A DNA stretch of 63,740 nucleotides, filler included, from Asterionella formosa (lineage: Eukaryota), in assembly GCA_002256025.1 (NCBI GenBank). It is 20 parts of 20 records of this genome, joined end to end, with 100 filler letters (N's around TTAATTAATTAA, not from the genome) between each part and the next. Parts side by side here need not be neighbours in the genome. Positions count along the whole stretch, not along the records: positions 1 to 1,234 come from NKIB01003507.1; positions 1,335 to 2,568 come from NKIB01003508.1; positions 2,669 to 3,902 come from NKIB01003509.1; positions 4,003 to 5,236 come from NKIB01003510.1; positions 5,337 to 6,570 come from NKIB01003511.1; positions 6,671 to 7,904 come from NKIB01003512.1; positions 8,005 to 9,237 come from NKIB01003513.1; positions 9,338 to 29,181 come from NKIB01003514.1; 12 more parts are not named here. One strand, given 5' to 3'. A program made the translations under genes and the position numbers. Positions 1 through 10,656 of this stretch are shown in pieces. The notes beneath the pieces are model-generated. The model was not told the origin of the DNA and ran no database searches. It saw only the letters and a program-made list of their open reading frames with translations. Position 1 is the first letter of the stretch, and the number at the start of each line of letters is the position of its first letter.

Positions 1-130
1 TATTCAGATAATATATAGACATGTTCAACTACGTATTTTGATGTATTCAACTAATTCATGTGATGCATTCAAAATCAACTAGGCTTATTTACGTGATGGT
101 CACTTCACGTAATACGCGGCTTAGATGCAG
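1..130. repeat. Dispersed repeat; near-identical reverse complement of ~8807-8936
   Basis: TATTCAGATAATATATAGA...CACTTCACGTAATACGCGGCTTAGAT matches the reverse complement of 8811-8936 with only a few substitutions. Confidence 0.85.
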
Positions 131-584
131 TACATTTTTTTTAATCTATACATGAAGATTTTTACCCCCAAACCGTGTTTTTTTAACTCGATTGTTACCA
201 CAAAACTATTTTCTATTACTTTTGTTGATCCTATAATTAGCGGTACCAGCTAGCGGTGCCAGGTACCAGAGTCTTAAGTGCCGATCATACTAACAGTACT
301 GGTAGCAAATTTGTCAAGTATTTGTTCAGACCTCGCATATCAATCACTCCAAGTTCTCATCTGTCCAGTGGTCATCCTCTTCTTTCAATTCATTTTACGG
401 GTGATTTTTGCGATTTCATGAAAAATCCTTGTATGTAGTGTTTCAGGTAGTCACGCCAAGAGGTCGCAGCTGATGTTCTCCATTTAGGTAGAGGAGAATG
501 CCAAATGATGTTGTTATATATTTTACCGCAGCAAAAAAATCAATTCGGACACCAAATGAATCTACCGACAGAAATACTTTTAAA

Positions 585-831
585 AATTAATTTAGCTTTT
601 TTTATTTCACTTCTCGTCGACAGCAACCTTTGGGACCAAATACGGAAGTAACGCTAGCTAATTGACGAGTTCAAAGCACGATCATTATTGGTTAGTACAT
701 AAATCGCTACAACATTGCTTGAATAATTATGTTCGCATCTAGCATATTTAGCCCAAAACGTGAATTTACTCGATTTAACGTTGACTCTCAGTTCAAAATC
801 TTTCAAACGTTGACTCTCAGTTTTTAGGTGG
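585..831 (-). mobile_element. Terminal segment (TIR end) of a pogo/Tc1-mariner-type DNA transposon
   Basis: Homologous to 53430-53645. Ends in TGACTCTCAGTTTTTAGGTGG followed by TA. Carries a duplicated subterminal AACGTTGACTCTCAGTT. The 53-kb copy lies upstream of a decayed pogo-like transposase. Confidence 0.7.
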
Positions 832-968
832 TAGCTGCAGCGATTTTTGCGACTCAAGTGCCGAGCAACTTAATTTTAGGACGGATTATGTAGAAAAATA
901 CCATATCGCTACGTTGCTCCTACATGTTTATGTTCTGTACCTGGTACCCTTGAATTGTACTGGTACTG

Positions 969-1163
969 GCTGAAGGCAATACACGCCCGAGGTGGTCTCT
1001 TGCCTGCGAGTATACATGTGTTCGAGGCTGAGTGGCGCGAGTAGGTTGACCGTACGAGTGGCGCCCCCGGCGCTGCGAGAAGGTCACCCTACGAGTGCCA
1101 TCCCAGTCGAGTACACATGTATACGAGAAGGCAAGTAGCCGCCGAGAAGGGTATTGTTGAGGC
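969..1163 (+). other. Long imperfect hairpin with five tandem G.A mismatches (structured ncRNA or ssDNA element, unclassified)
   Basis: Arms pair about an axis at ~1067. CGAG at 988/1007/1023/1038/1055 faces CGAG at 1143/1124/1108/1092/1076. The intervening stems pair with Watson-Crick and G.T pairs on the + strand. Confidence 0.75.
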
Positions 1164-1234
1164 AATTCCCGCTCTAGCTATCGTCGCGTCATTCGCTTAC
1201 CTACTGCCCACAAATTTAGCATAAATGTCAATTT

Positions 1235-1334
1235 NNNNNNNNNNNNNNNNNNNNNNNNNNNNNNNNNNNNNNNNNNNNTTAATTAATTAANNNNNNNNNN
1301 NNNNNNNNNNNNNNNNNNNNNNNNNNNNNNNNNN
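1235..1334. other. Artificial contig linker (N44-TTAATTAATTAA-N44); 18 more identical linkers in the window
   Basis: Identical 100-bp pattern carrying stops in all six frames, repeated 19 times between ~1.23-kb contigs and two ~19.8-kb scaffolds. Confidence 0.97.
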
Positions 1335-1775
1335 GTGAATGATTTAGTCGTTAGCATGCCTTCTGAGGAGGTGGCAGGTTTGATTCCTGAACTCTCCACC
1401 TGTCTTTTTGATGAAGTACTAGTTCTAGGCAAGTGCTGGTGTCGGGGCTGACAACAGACAGGTCTAAGGTCTTCTGGGCCACAGTTCAACTTCACAACCT
1501 CCACAATTGCCAAGTTCTTAAACAAAAGCAACTTAAAAATAAATTTTAAATAATATTTTAGAGCAGGTGAGTTTACATTCACATGTAGCTATATTACTCA
1601 GTATTAAAAAGTATATTTTCGATGAGGCAAAAAATCCTCAATAATGTTGAAACCTAATTTTTTAGCCGCAATCCATTCTAAAATTAAGCGACCTTGTACT
1701 CTTACATAATTGTTGAGCTTCAAGAAGCAAGTAACGCAATTTTTCGGACAGCCGATGACGAGGAGTAACAGTGTA

Positions 1776-1862
1776 CAGGGAAGGTCCGGTAATCGAGATT
1801 TTATACCTTCATTACGTAATCGTTTTCAAAGTAATAACCGTGTTTTACCGGACCTTCCAATG
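1776..1862. mobile_element. 87-bp MITE (Tc1/mariner-type)
   Basis: Perfect 14-bp inverted repeat GGAAGGTCCGGTAA (1779-1792) / TTACCGGACCTTCC (1845-1858), CA...TG ends, TA on both sides. A similar end (TA-CGAGGAAGGTCCGGTA) occurs at 54620. Confidence 0.65.
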
Positions 1863-2386
1863 TATCCTAATTGTCCCGGTATGCAGGTAGGAAAACCTAC
1901 GTACGACGAAGCTTTCCATTATCAGTGCGTAGAACGTATCTGTTTTTATGTACCCCTGGCACCGTAATAGCATTACGAAGCGATCTACCGGTCTCTAGTC
2001 TCATGTTTACTCCCAGGTACCTGGTACCAGTACACTGGTACTGGTATTTGACTTGGATTCGGCTGACGTATCAATATTCTGCTATCATATGCATCAGGTA
2101 GACTGCCGGTAATCGTACCGGAGTACCGGTACCAGGGTAGGTTGGCTACAAGTGTATGTATAATACATACCGGCATGCTTCTTCGCTCTTCTATCCGATG
2201 CGTCCTTTTGCTTTGCTTGATTTCCGTCGTCATGATGATTCTATTCATTTGATGTAACCTAACCATATTAGTATTCACGTATCATTTTTACTCAGAATTT
2301 CATTGTATTCTGAGTGAATCTTAGCATTTCGATCATCATTGTCGGTTGGGTCCTGTATCCGAAAAGATACTAACCAATCTCTCACA

Positions 2387-2568
2387 ATGATTTCGACTCG
2401 CATCATTCGACACGCTGCGACTCAACGAGTCGTCGTCCGCTCCTTTTCCAATGCCGAGCAAATGGAAGCCATGAAGTCGCATCTGGCCAACATGCGCATG
2501 ACCTACTCGTTCGAGCCTATTCCATATGATTCCAGGCTTCCCATAATTCCCATCAACGACGACGCCAA
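2387..2568 (+). CDS. 5' fragment of a putative mitochondrion-targeted protein (cut by contig end)
   Basis: MISTRIIRHAATQRVVVRSFS is Arg-rich, acid-free and has an R-S-F-S presequence-like end. The GC-richer frame is open to the contig edge. Confidence 0.5.
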
Positions 2569-2679
2569 NNNNNNNNNNNNNNNNNNNNNNNNNNNNNNNN
2601 NNNNNNNNNNNNTTAATTAATTAANNNNNNNNNNNNNNNNNNNNNNNNNNNNNNNNNNNNNNNNNNNNGTTACCATCAC

Positions 2680-2880
2680 ACCAGTTCCACCATTTTACAT
2701 CATAGTCTTCTGGCCCTTCGACAACTTTCCAAATGGCATTTCACGGATTTCATGGAAAGGATCAGTCAAACAAGAAACGAGACTTACTTCCATTGTTTAC
2801 ACTACACGACTTTATGTTTTCGGAAAAGAAGATGAAGAAAGTTATGAAATCAATCGAAGATTCCTTTGAATACACTCAAA
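2680..2880. repeat. Dispersed repeat shared with ~5570-5760
   Basis: CATAGTCTTCTGGCCCTT...GGAAAGGATCAGTCAAACAAGAAACGAGACTTACTTCC...GAATACACTCAA is present in both contigs. Confidence 0.85.
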
Positions 2881-2917
2881 GATTTGCGCACAAATCTTTT
2901 ATGGCCTCACATCCCAA

Positions 2918-3530
2918 ATGATTAACGTTTACAGGATGCCTAGTGAGAGTCATGCACCTGGACCTTATAATGACTTTTTGCATGACCGGGGCGCCTCAAC
3001 TTTCCTCCACCACGATAATTATAGAGTTCAAACTGGCCTTAAATTTCGAGAGCTCAACCGCACTTACCTTGTGGCCAACGAATACACTGAACCCTATCAC
3101 CCGCAACAAAATCCTGCAGAAATGCGCGCGATTAAATGGATCAAAATGCACACACAAACGCTCTTAGACCGCACTGGCGTAAACCCTAATTTATGGTTAC
3201 ATGCTGCCAAGTACCTGGCAGATATCCATAATGTAAGTGCTGATGAGTCAATCTGATGGGAAATACCCCTAATGCTCCGTCATGGCAAAACACTTCTTGA
3301 CATCTCAACCTATATCCACTTCATGTTTTATGAACCCACCTTCTACCATGATCATATGGAAACATACCCCACCTCCAAGGAAAAAGCAGGATATTGGGTA
3401 GGGGTTGCCCTCCATGTGGGTGACACCCTCACATATAAAATCCTTACTGCTGACTCACCTCGCATCCCTAATTGCAGTAACCCTAACCCTAACCCTACCA
3501 ATCCCCTCCATCCCAACAAACGTGTCCCCT
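2918..3530 (+). mobile_element. Degenerate Ty1/copia integrase region (diatom CoDi-like)
   Basis: TEPYHPQQNPAE, LWLHAAKYLADIHN, DISTYIHFMFYEP, EKAGYWVGVALHVGDTLTYKILT and PLHPNKRV are copia integrase core/C-terminal motifs. In-frame stop at 3254-3256. Confidence 0.8.
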
Positions 3531-3659
3531 TCCCCCCCCCCCCCTTCCTCATACCCCACCCTTACCCTGACCCGGCACCCGGTGCGCATTGAATCCAAAA
3601 CTTTTCCTGCCCATCCCACCAGTCCCCTTTTGACTTCAGGGGAGACTCCTATCAACAAT

Positions 3660-3902
3660 TGCTTCATGAAAAGATACACACGTCGTAGTAAAGCACATGA
3701 CAAGAAAAGAAAGTTTATGCAATACATAACGAGAAAAACATTGTGGCTTCGACACATTGCGCATTCGAAGGATGGAGAATGTTTAAGGTAATGAAGCCAT
3801 CAATGTGGTACTTGGATGACAATCGTTGGGAGGCAGGCAGTACAACAACAAATTGTTAACTAAACGCAGCCACATTTCCTTTTTTCTCAGTTGATTCAAC
3901 AG
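3660..3902. repeat. Dispersed repeat shared with ~32780-33023
   Basis: CTTCATGAAAAGATAC...AAAGCACATGACAAGAAAAGAAA...CGCAGCCACATTTCCTTTTTTCTCAGTTGATT is present in both contigs. Confidence 0.88.
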
Positions 3903-4002
3903 NNNNNNNNNNNNNNNNNNNNNNNNNNNNNNNNNNNNNNNNNNNNTTAATTAATTAANNNNNNNNNNNNNNNNNNNNNNNNNNNNNNNNNNNNNNNNNN
4001 NN

Positions 4003-5236
4003 TCCTTATAATAACCGAGTAAATCACCAGTCCATTGATCAGTGAGACCATTTGAAACTGAACTTTCTTCCCTCTAACTGTTTTGTTAAGTGGTTTCCCA
4101 ACAATGTCGACAAAATCAGTAGAATGACGAATATCTATCATTCTCTGAAATTTCATGCTTAGTATCTGGATTAAAACCCAAATATTTTTGTTGCAATCGA
4201 AATTTTCCTTTGAGCACCAAGAAGCAAAAGGCTTCTGTACTGGCATTGATCAGCGAACCAACAAAACGTGTTTGCAATTCACACTGTGCCCGAAGACTTA
4301 GTTAAGATTTGGACACACCAGATTTGTCTCCTGTTAAAAATGGTTCTCCACGGCTTGTCCTGCCTATAAAATACACAGGAGCAAGAATATCACGCCAGAC
4401 TTGCTTGGTATCCTTGGCTTCCCCTGTCAATGTGCTTTGACTGCGCAAAAAGATAAAGCGTGAACGCCCACCTAATAAAGTCATCAATATCCATAGTCTG
4501 GAAGTAATAATCTGTTAGACCAGCTGGTGTGTCATGAATTATGTTAGCATTTTTAAATTCAAACATATTTGATAAGAATATAATCACCAACTCAAAACAT
4601 CATGCTTTCGGAGCATCTCCCTGCAAGAACTTACCTAAGATTCCTTTAAATTGATTATTCAATACATTCTGACATTCTCTCAACTTTTTTATGCACATGC
4701 CACCAAATGTCGATTTGATGTAATCTAAACGTGCCTTGTTGGTACGTTCAATGGTCTAGTTCATTGGAAGTAGTGCATCAGAACCATTCCATATGAAATC
4801 GGGAAGCTCTGGGTCAATCTCCACTTCTTTGCCTAACTCCGGTTTCACTGTGTATAGCCGAGTTAGGCAACATTGGGCACACCAATCCTCTTTGTGATTG
4901 GAAATGCCTTTCATACTACTTGGACCAGATAGGTCGGGATGTTTGATTCTCTTTTGGGACCAGAAAAAGGCACATTTGATTGATATTCTGTTTTACAGTA
5001 CCTGCAACTCACGAACTATAACCTCAAACTTACATGTTCACAGCAAAACTTCTTGGTCTTGAAAATAGAAGTCACAACTTTTGTGACAATTGATGGTTCA
5101 ATTTTAGCTAAGCGAGAAGGACGTTCTGATAAGGCTGCTGAAATTGAAGAGTCTTGATAACCTCGTATGGACGAGTTTTGAACCGAATTACGACCTTTGT
5201 AGTGCTTGAGTTCATTGACCAATTGATTATATCCTT
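4003..5236 (-). pseudogene. Decayed coding sequence of unknown identity (probably TE-derived)
   Basis: Protein-like minus-strand frames are broken by stops and frameshifts. No family motif recognised. Confidence 0.25.
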
Positions 5237-5599
5237 NNNNNNNNNNNNNNNNNNNNNNNNNNNNNNNNNNNNNNNNNNNNTTAATTAATTAANNNNNNNN
5301 NNNNNNNNNNNNNNNNNNNNNNNNNNNNNNNNNNNNATAATATGATTTGTGATATGGATTGATGCATATCACATACCGGTATCCTCCACAACCAGCCATC
5401 ACGTTCATTGTCGTGTCGTTTTTCCTTGTTATTATATATGTATTGTGTAAACACTACGCTGGCGGGACATGCATATTACACTGCTGTGCACTGTTCAACA
5501 ATTACTACACTCGGTTACCATCACAGCAGCTGCACCTCCACAAGCGCCGCAAAAAGCTCCGCGTTTTCCTTCCACTGTTTTACATCATAGTCTTCTGGC

Positions 5600-6570
5600 C
5601 CTTTGACAACTTGCTTTCCAAATGATTTCATGGAAAGGATCAGTCAAACAAGAAACGAGACTTACTTCCACTGTTAACACTACACGACTTTATGTTTTCG
5701 GAAAAGAAGATGAAGAAACTTATGAAATATATTGAAGATTCATTTGAATACACTCAAGGATCAGATGAATTTGAACAGATTCATAATGCTCCAGAAAAAT
5801 AATGAAGTATGCCGACACAATAGTGGAAGAGATTGAAAAGAAGGAAAGATTGCTTTCGAAGAGCCAAGGAAACCCAAACAGTTGTTCTTCGCAGATGAAG
5901 ACTCTATTCCAACAGAGTCACAGTTCCATCCAGTGTCGTATTTTGCTCCTCATTCTCCTGAAATCGCTGATAATGAAGAAGGACTCAGTGATTCTCATTC
6001 ATTTGATGAACAAATTTTCATGCAATGAATGAAAATACCGGCGGAAATGTGGGAGACATACATCACTTCTGAAGTAGAAATGGTTGAAAAGTTGCAAAAC
6101 CAAGAACCTTGAAACAATTACCTTGCTCTACTCTCCATTATATAATTCATGAATTTCATCCAACTGATGTAAAGGTTATATTTGATCTGGATGAGAACCC
6201 AGAAAAGGGTAATGACAAACCGTATTTATACCAGGGTGATTGTCATCCACTTCATCATGACAGTAACTATGTGCTAATTGTTTATTGCAAAAGATCAGAT
6301 GAGGAGCAAGGAAAACAACAACCATTTTGATCATTATCTTTTTGCTATAAATGATGGATTATGTCAAGTCCATGACCCAGGAAAAGATGCAAGTTTGGAT
6401 GAACATGATGATCAAGTATATCACCTTGCCCATAAGTACTGCATCATCCCTGGATGCAGAAAGGAATTGGAATTTTTTCGCACCGAGACAGGATATCTTG
6501 CTTCCACAAGAATCCCATACACCTGAAGAAATTGGTTTATCGGAATCTTTCTATACTGGCACCAAAGCAC
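5600..6570 (+). pseudogene. Decayed coding sequence of an unclassified repetitive element
   Basis: Chained short + strand ORFs (5802, 6109, 6278) have protein-like acidic composition. The 5' part is repeated at 2680-2880. Confidence 0.3.
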
Positions 6571-6670
6571 NNNNNNNNNNNNNNNNNNNNNNNNNNNNNN
6601 NNNNNNNNNNNNNNTTAATTAATTAANNNNNNNNNNNNNNNNNNNNNNNNNNNNNNNNNNNNNNNNNNNN

Positions 6671-7750
6671 CTGACTTCTCAATCAAACGATGAAGCTTCT
6701 GGGATCAAAACGAAGATTGCTGATCGCAAACGAAGAAGAGAAAGCTCCGTGTCGAACACTTCGTTGAAACCAACAAACAACAAACCGAAATTGAGCAATG
6801 GTCGTTGTCCCAGTGTGGGCGAACGATACGAAAAGATTGGACGCGTTGGTGAAGGAACGTACGGCATTGTGTACAAGGCCCGAGACAAACACAAAAACCA
6901 GCTGGTGGCCCTCAAACGGTGTTTACCTCACCAGGAAGCCACTGAAGGGTTTCCGATAACTACACTTCGGGAGATTGCTACGCTCCAAAGCAGCCAACAC
7001 CATCCAAACATTATTCGACTCCAAACAGTGGCAGTCTCATCCTCAGCTGTCTTTCTCGTGTTTGACTACTGCCCTCATGATCTGGCTCAGCTAGTTGATC
7101 AGCACTATCAGATACATCACAAGTCACCATTTTCTCTGCCTCAAGTCAAGCGTCTCTTGTTGCAACTCTTCTCAGCGCTGGAATTTATACATGCTCGAAA
7201 CATATTACATCGGGATTTAAAGCTCGCCAATTTGTTATATGATGGTGAGCTGAAATTGGCAGACTTTGGACTGAGTCGCAAGTACAAAGTACAATTGACC
7301 CCCAAGGTGATGTCATTGTGGTATCGACCACCAGAGCTGTTGTTGGGTGCCTCCAGGTATGACGAGTCCATCGACATTTGGGGAGCTGGCTGTGTCATGG
7401 GAGAACTGCTATTGGGAAAACCACTTTGGACATGCAAGACAGAGATGGAAATGATCAGAACACTCTTCAACGAACTAGGCACACCACATGAGGCCATATG
7501 GTCAGGTATTTTAGAACTACCCTTGATTGCAAATGAGACCATTGAACTTCCTACCATAGTTTTACCTGCAAAACTGTGGGATCGCTTTCCTGAAATATCA
7601 CCAGTTGGTCTCACATTATTTTCCAATTTAATGAAGTGGGATCCCAGTAAACGATGGACTGCTCAACAGGCAAGCAAGTCGATTTATTTTGATGAATTGC
7701 CCATGCCAACACCAGACTGTGCCATGCCAAGATTCCATGACAGAAAATAG
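6671..7750 (+). CDS. CDK10: Cyclin-dependent kinase, CDK10/CDK11 (PISSLRE/PITSLRE) group; 5'-truncated
   Basis: GEGTYGIVYKA, VALK, PITTLRE, HRDLKLAN, DFG and TPKVMSLWYRPPELLLG. The GRCPSV N-terminus and TPKV loop resemble CDK10. The frame is open from the contig start. Confidence 0.88.
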   Translation: MTSQSNDEASGIKTKIADRKRRRESSVSNTSLKPTNNKPKLSNGRCPSVGERYEKIGRVGEGTYGIVYKARDKHKNQLVALKRCLPHQEATEGFPITTLREIATLQSSQHHPNIIRLQTVAVSSSAVFLVFDYCPHDLAQLVDQHYQIHHKSPFSLPQVKRLLLQLFSALEFIHARNILHRDLKLANLLYDGELKLADFGLSRKYKVQLTPKVMSLWYRPPELLLGASRYDESIDIWGAGCVMGELLLGKPLWTCKTEMEMIRTLFNELGTPHEAIWSGILELPLIANETIELPTIVLPAKLWDRFPEISPVGLTLFSNLMKWDPSKRWTAQQASKSIYFDELPMPTPDCAMPRFHDRK

Positions 7751-8004
7751 ACAGACAATTTGCTAATATTTAAAATGTTATATAAATGAATCGAATTAAT
7801 ACCAGCAGATGCTTGGTATTTTACTACTATCATGGAATTCTGGCCGCCTTAAGATATAAATTGAGTATGCATCTACACAAATCATCAGAGCAAAAAATGA
7901 TTAANNNNNNNNNNNNNNNNNNNNNNNNNNNNNNNNNNNNNNNNNNNNTTAATTAATTAANNNNNNNNNNNNNNNNNNNNNNNNNNNNNNNNNNNNNNNN
8001 NNNN

Positions 8005-8090
8005 GAGGTCATGTCTTTGGCGGACTTCGCAGCTTCGTCGCTGAGGCCTTCTGAAAGACCAGCCAGTGCCTCGGAAACTAACGAGCTCAT
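8005..8090 (-). CDS. Possible 5' end of a gene cut by the contig edge
   Basis: ATG at 8090 opens MSSLVSEALAGLSEGLSDEAAKSAKDMT, which is GC-richer than the flank. Too short to identify. Confidence 0.25.
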
Positions 8091-8429
8091 GGCGCTGGAT
8101 GATGATGATGCGGTAAAAAGAATGGTATCGGCGTTAGGGGTTATTTTGATAAACAATATACCGTATGCACACAGTCGTACTGAGTCGAAAACCCACAATA
8201 CCACGACTATCCGTCAGGTAGGAATTTCATTCATGCGCGCTGGGGGAAAATAAACCACAGGAATGACAAATACCAGTCAAAACCCACTCTACCGGTACCT
8301 GGTACCAGGTACCTGGTACTGTACGTAAACATGGTAACCGTATCGGCACTCCGGTACCAGGTGAGTACCAGGTACCACACCTTGTACCAGGATAAACGTT
8401 GTTTGCTATATTAGGTGCATATGATGGCA

Positions 8430-8585
8430 CTTAGGTTGAAATGGTGACTTCACACAGTGAGCAAATTGCAACATTAAGCAAACCAACTTTAAGCAAAACA
8501 GTTCTACATTGCATAGTTAAGCAAAACCTATGGAAGCAAAACAGATTGGTCTCATTATTTTAGGCTAAATCAGCACATTAAAGGT
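8430..8585. repeat. Diverged dispersed repeat, related to ~30880-31030
   Basis: Shared blocks in the same order: GGTTGAAATG.TGAC.TCACACA, ACATTAAGCAAA and GGTCTCA.TATT.TAGGCTAAATCAG. Confidence 0.55.
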
Positions 8586-9005
8586 AGATATGCTAGCTCA
8601 CACAATATCCAGAAAAAAATTATAAAAAAATTTAAAAGCACTTATAACACGCTTCCTAAGACCATGGAAATACATGTGGAATTTCATAGCACGGCCTGCC
8701 AACCAGTCCTTGTGCTTCCCTAGTTTTATTAGCGTGGGTGAGTCCCCAACCATCTTTTGTGAAAGGTGATCATCTTAGCCGCAGCATTGGGGGAAACTCC
8801 GACTGCCTACATCTAAGCCGCGTATTACGTGAAGTGACCATCACATAAATAAGCCTAGTTGATTTTGAATGCATCACATGAATTAGTTGAATACATCAAA
8901 ATACGTAGTTGAATATATCTATATATTATCTGAATACATCACGTTAAATATTTGATCAAAGTATCATGCATGCATTCCTGATCATCACTATATTATGTGA
9001 TCACG

Positions 9006-9150
9006 TTCACATAATTATTTGAAATACTTCACATAATTATTTGAAATACTTCACATAATTATTTGAAATACTTCACATAATTATTTGAAATACTTCACAT
9101 AATTATTTGAAAATACTTCACATAATTATTTGAAATACTTCACGTAATTC
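9006..9150. repeat. 22-bp minisatellite (TTCACATAATTATTTGAAATAC) x6
   Basis: Six head-to-tail near-identical units plus a partial seventh. Adjoins the dispersed repeat shared with 1-130. Confidence 0.95.
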
Positions 9151-9510
9151 TGTAATTTCGTTCACATAATTCTAGAATAAAGTTCACTTAATATGTAACA
9201 TTTGTTTACGTAATTTTCTGGAGTTCATTCAACTAAANNNNNNNNNNNNNNNNNNNNNNNNNNNNNNNNNNNNNNNNNNNNTTAATTAATTAANNNNNNN
9301 NNNNNNNNNNNNNNNNNNNNNNNNNNNNNNNNNNNNNTATATAGCGTGACAACTTCAAGCGTGCTTTTCTCATCCAAAAAAAGAAGCTAGTAATGAAAAG
9401 TAGAATAATATTGTTTCAAGTCAACAGTGAATCATTTATTGCTTTTTACTTTTTGAATAATATTATTCGTAACGTGTATTTTCGCGACGAATCAAACAGA
9501 CGCGCAGTTC

Positions 9511-10656
9511 CTACATGTTGAATCCTTCCGCACAAACATCCCCTTGTTTGGAGATTTCAGTATAATACTTTTTACCTTGTGCCGTGAATGCCTTTTTGGC
9601 CATTCTGGTGGCCCGTTTCTTGGCAATGAGTGCATCCTTGGAAGTCTCACGTGCTGCAGTGGCCCGTGCTGCGGCGCGACGAGCTTCGGCGGCATATGGG
9701 TCTAGTGCCTCCAATGCTTCAATGTTCCTCAATGGGTTTCTCTTTGGAGCATAGGTCTTAATTTGCGGCTTAGCGGGGTTGACAACGGATTGGATTTCAT
9801 CCGAGTTGATGAGACGAGCCAAATCAGCATTGACCATACAGGCCGAGGGGATACGCTTGCCATCTTCTCCATAAATCTCTTCCAGCTTGTCAAATGCTGC
9901 TTGCGACCAGATACAGAAACGTCCCATATGTCCACCAGGAGCCAACTGCAACAAGTTGAGACGTGTGACACAGCAAATCTCAACGCCAGGCAAGTTGCGG
10001 AATGCTTGTTCAACACCATCATTGGTATTGTAAATGACGAGTGGTCCGCGACGCATCGTGTGTCTGCGGTTTCTCATTTTACCCTTACCAGCGCGGATCT
10101 TTTTGGAGTTGGCGGCCTTGTCAACATCATCGACGGCACCGACCGCCGCCAAGATATCCTTGGCTGTCGATGTCTTCTTGGTGGATTCAATGCCCGTCTC
10201 CAAGACCAATGGGATTTCTGGCACTTCATCAATAACATGCCCACGGGACATGACAAGAGCCGGAACAGCCGTTGCCGCCAAGGCGGAGGCCACAGCGTAT
10301 CTCTTCTGCGTCAAGTTGATCTTATGATGCCACTTGCGGTATGTTTTGGTTGGAGCGAATTGTCGTCCACCACGACACATGTTACCAAAGGCTCCCTGTC
10401 CACTGCGGGAGGTACCACCACCACCGACACGGGGAATACGAGCGACGGCACGTCCAGTTCCCCACGAGGTAGCAACAGTTTGTTTGGCAGCCAAGATGCT
10501 GACAGCGTATGCCTGGCGGTGATTCTTGTTCATGTTGGTGTGAACAAACTGAACAATATCAGGACGAAGTGGAGCCTTCATGACGGCGGGGAGGGTAGTC
10601 TCACCTGCCTTGTCGCCGTTCAGGGCAAAGACGCTAACTAATGGACGAGCAGCCAT
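9511..10656 (-). CDS. RPL4: 60S ribosomal protein L4 (uL4)
   Basis: [60 protein letters not shown] and [12 protein letters not shown]. Intronless, 381 aa. Confidence 0.98.
   Translation of the reverse strand: MAARPLVSVFALNGDKAGETTLPAVMKAPLRPDIVQFVHTNMNKNHRQAYAVSILAAKQTVATSWGTGRAVARIPRVGGGGTSRSGQGAFGNMCRGGRQFAPTKTYRKWHHKINLTQKRYAVASALAATAVPALVMSRGHVIDEVPEIPLVLETGIESTKKTSTAKDILAAVGAVDDVDKAANSKKIRAGKGKMRNRRHTMRRGPLVIYNTNDGVEQAFRNLPGVEICCVTRLNLLQLAPGGHMGRFCIWSQAAFDKLEEIYGEDGKRIPSACMVNADLARLINSDEIQSVVNPAKPQIKTYAPKRNPLRNIEALEALDPYAAEARRAAARATAARETSKDALIAKKRATRMAKKAFTAQGKKYYTEISKQGDVCAEGFNM

Noticed and set aside
9006..9150. Possible CRISPR or iteron array
   Set aside because: Head-to-tail units without spacers, in a eukaryotic repeat; it is a minisatellite.
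9763..10641. 292-aa + strand ORF
   Set aside because: Antisense shadow of RPL4 with no domain. The same applies to antisense ORFs over the CDK, IMPase, PheRS and GT90 genes.
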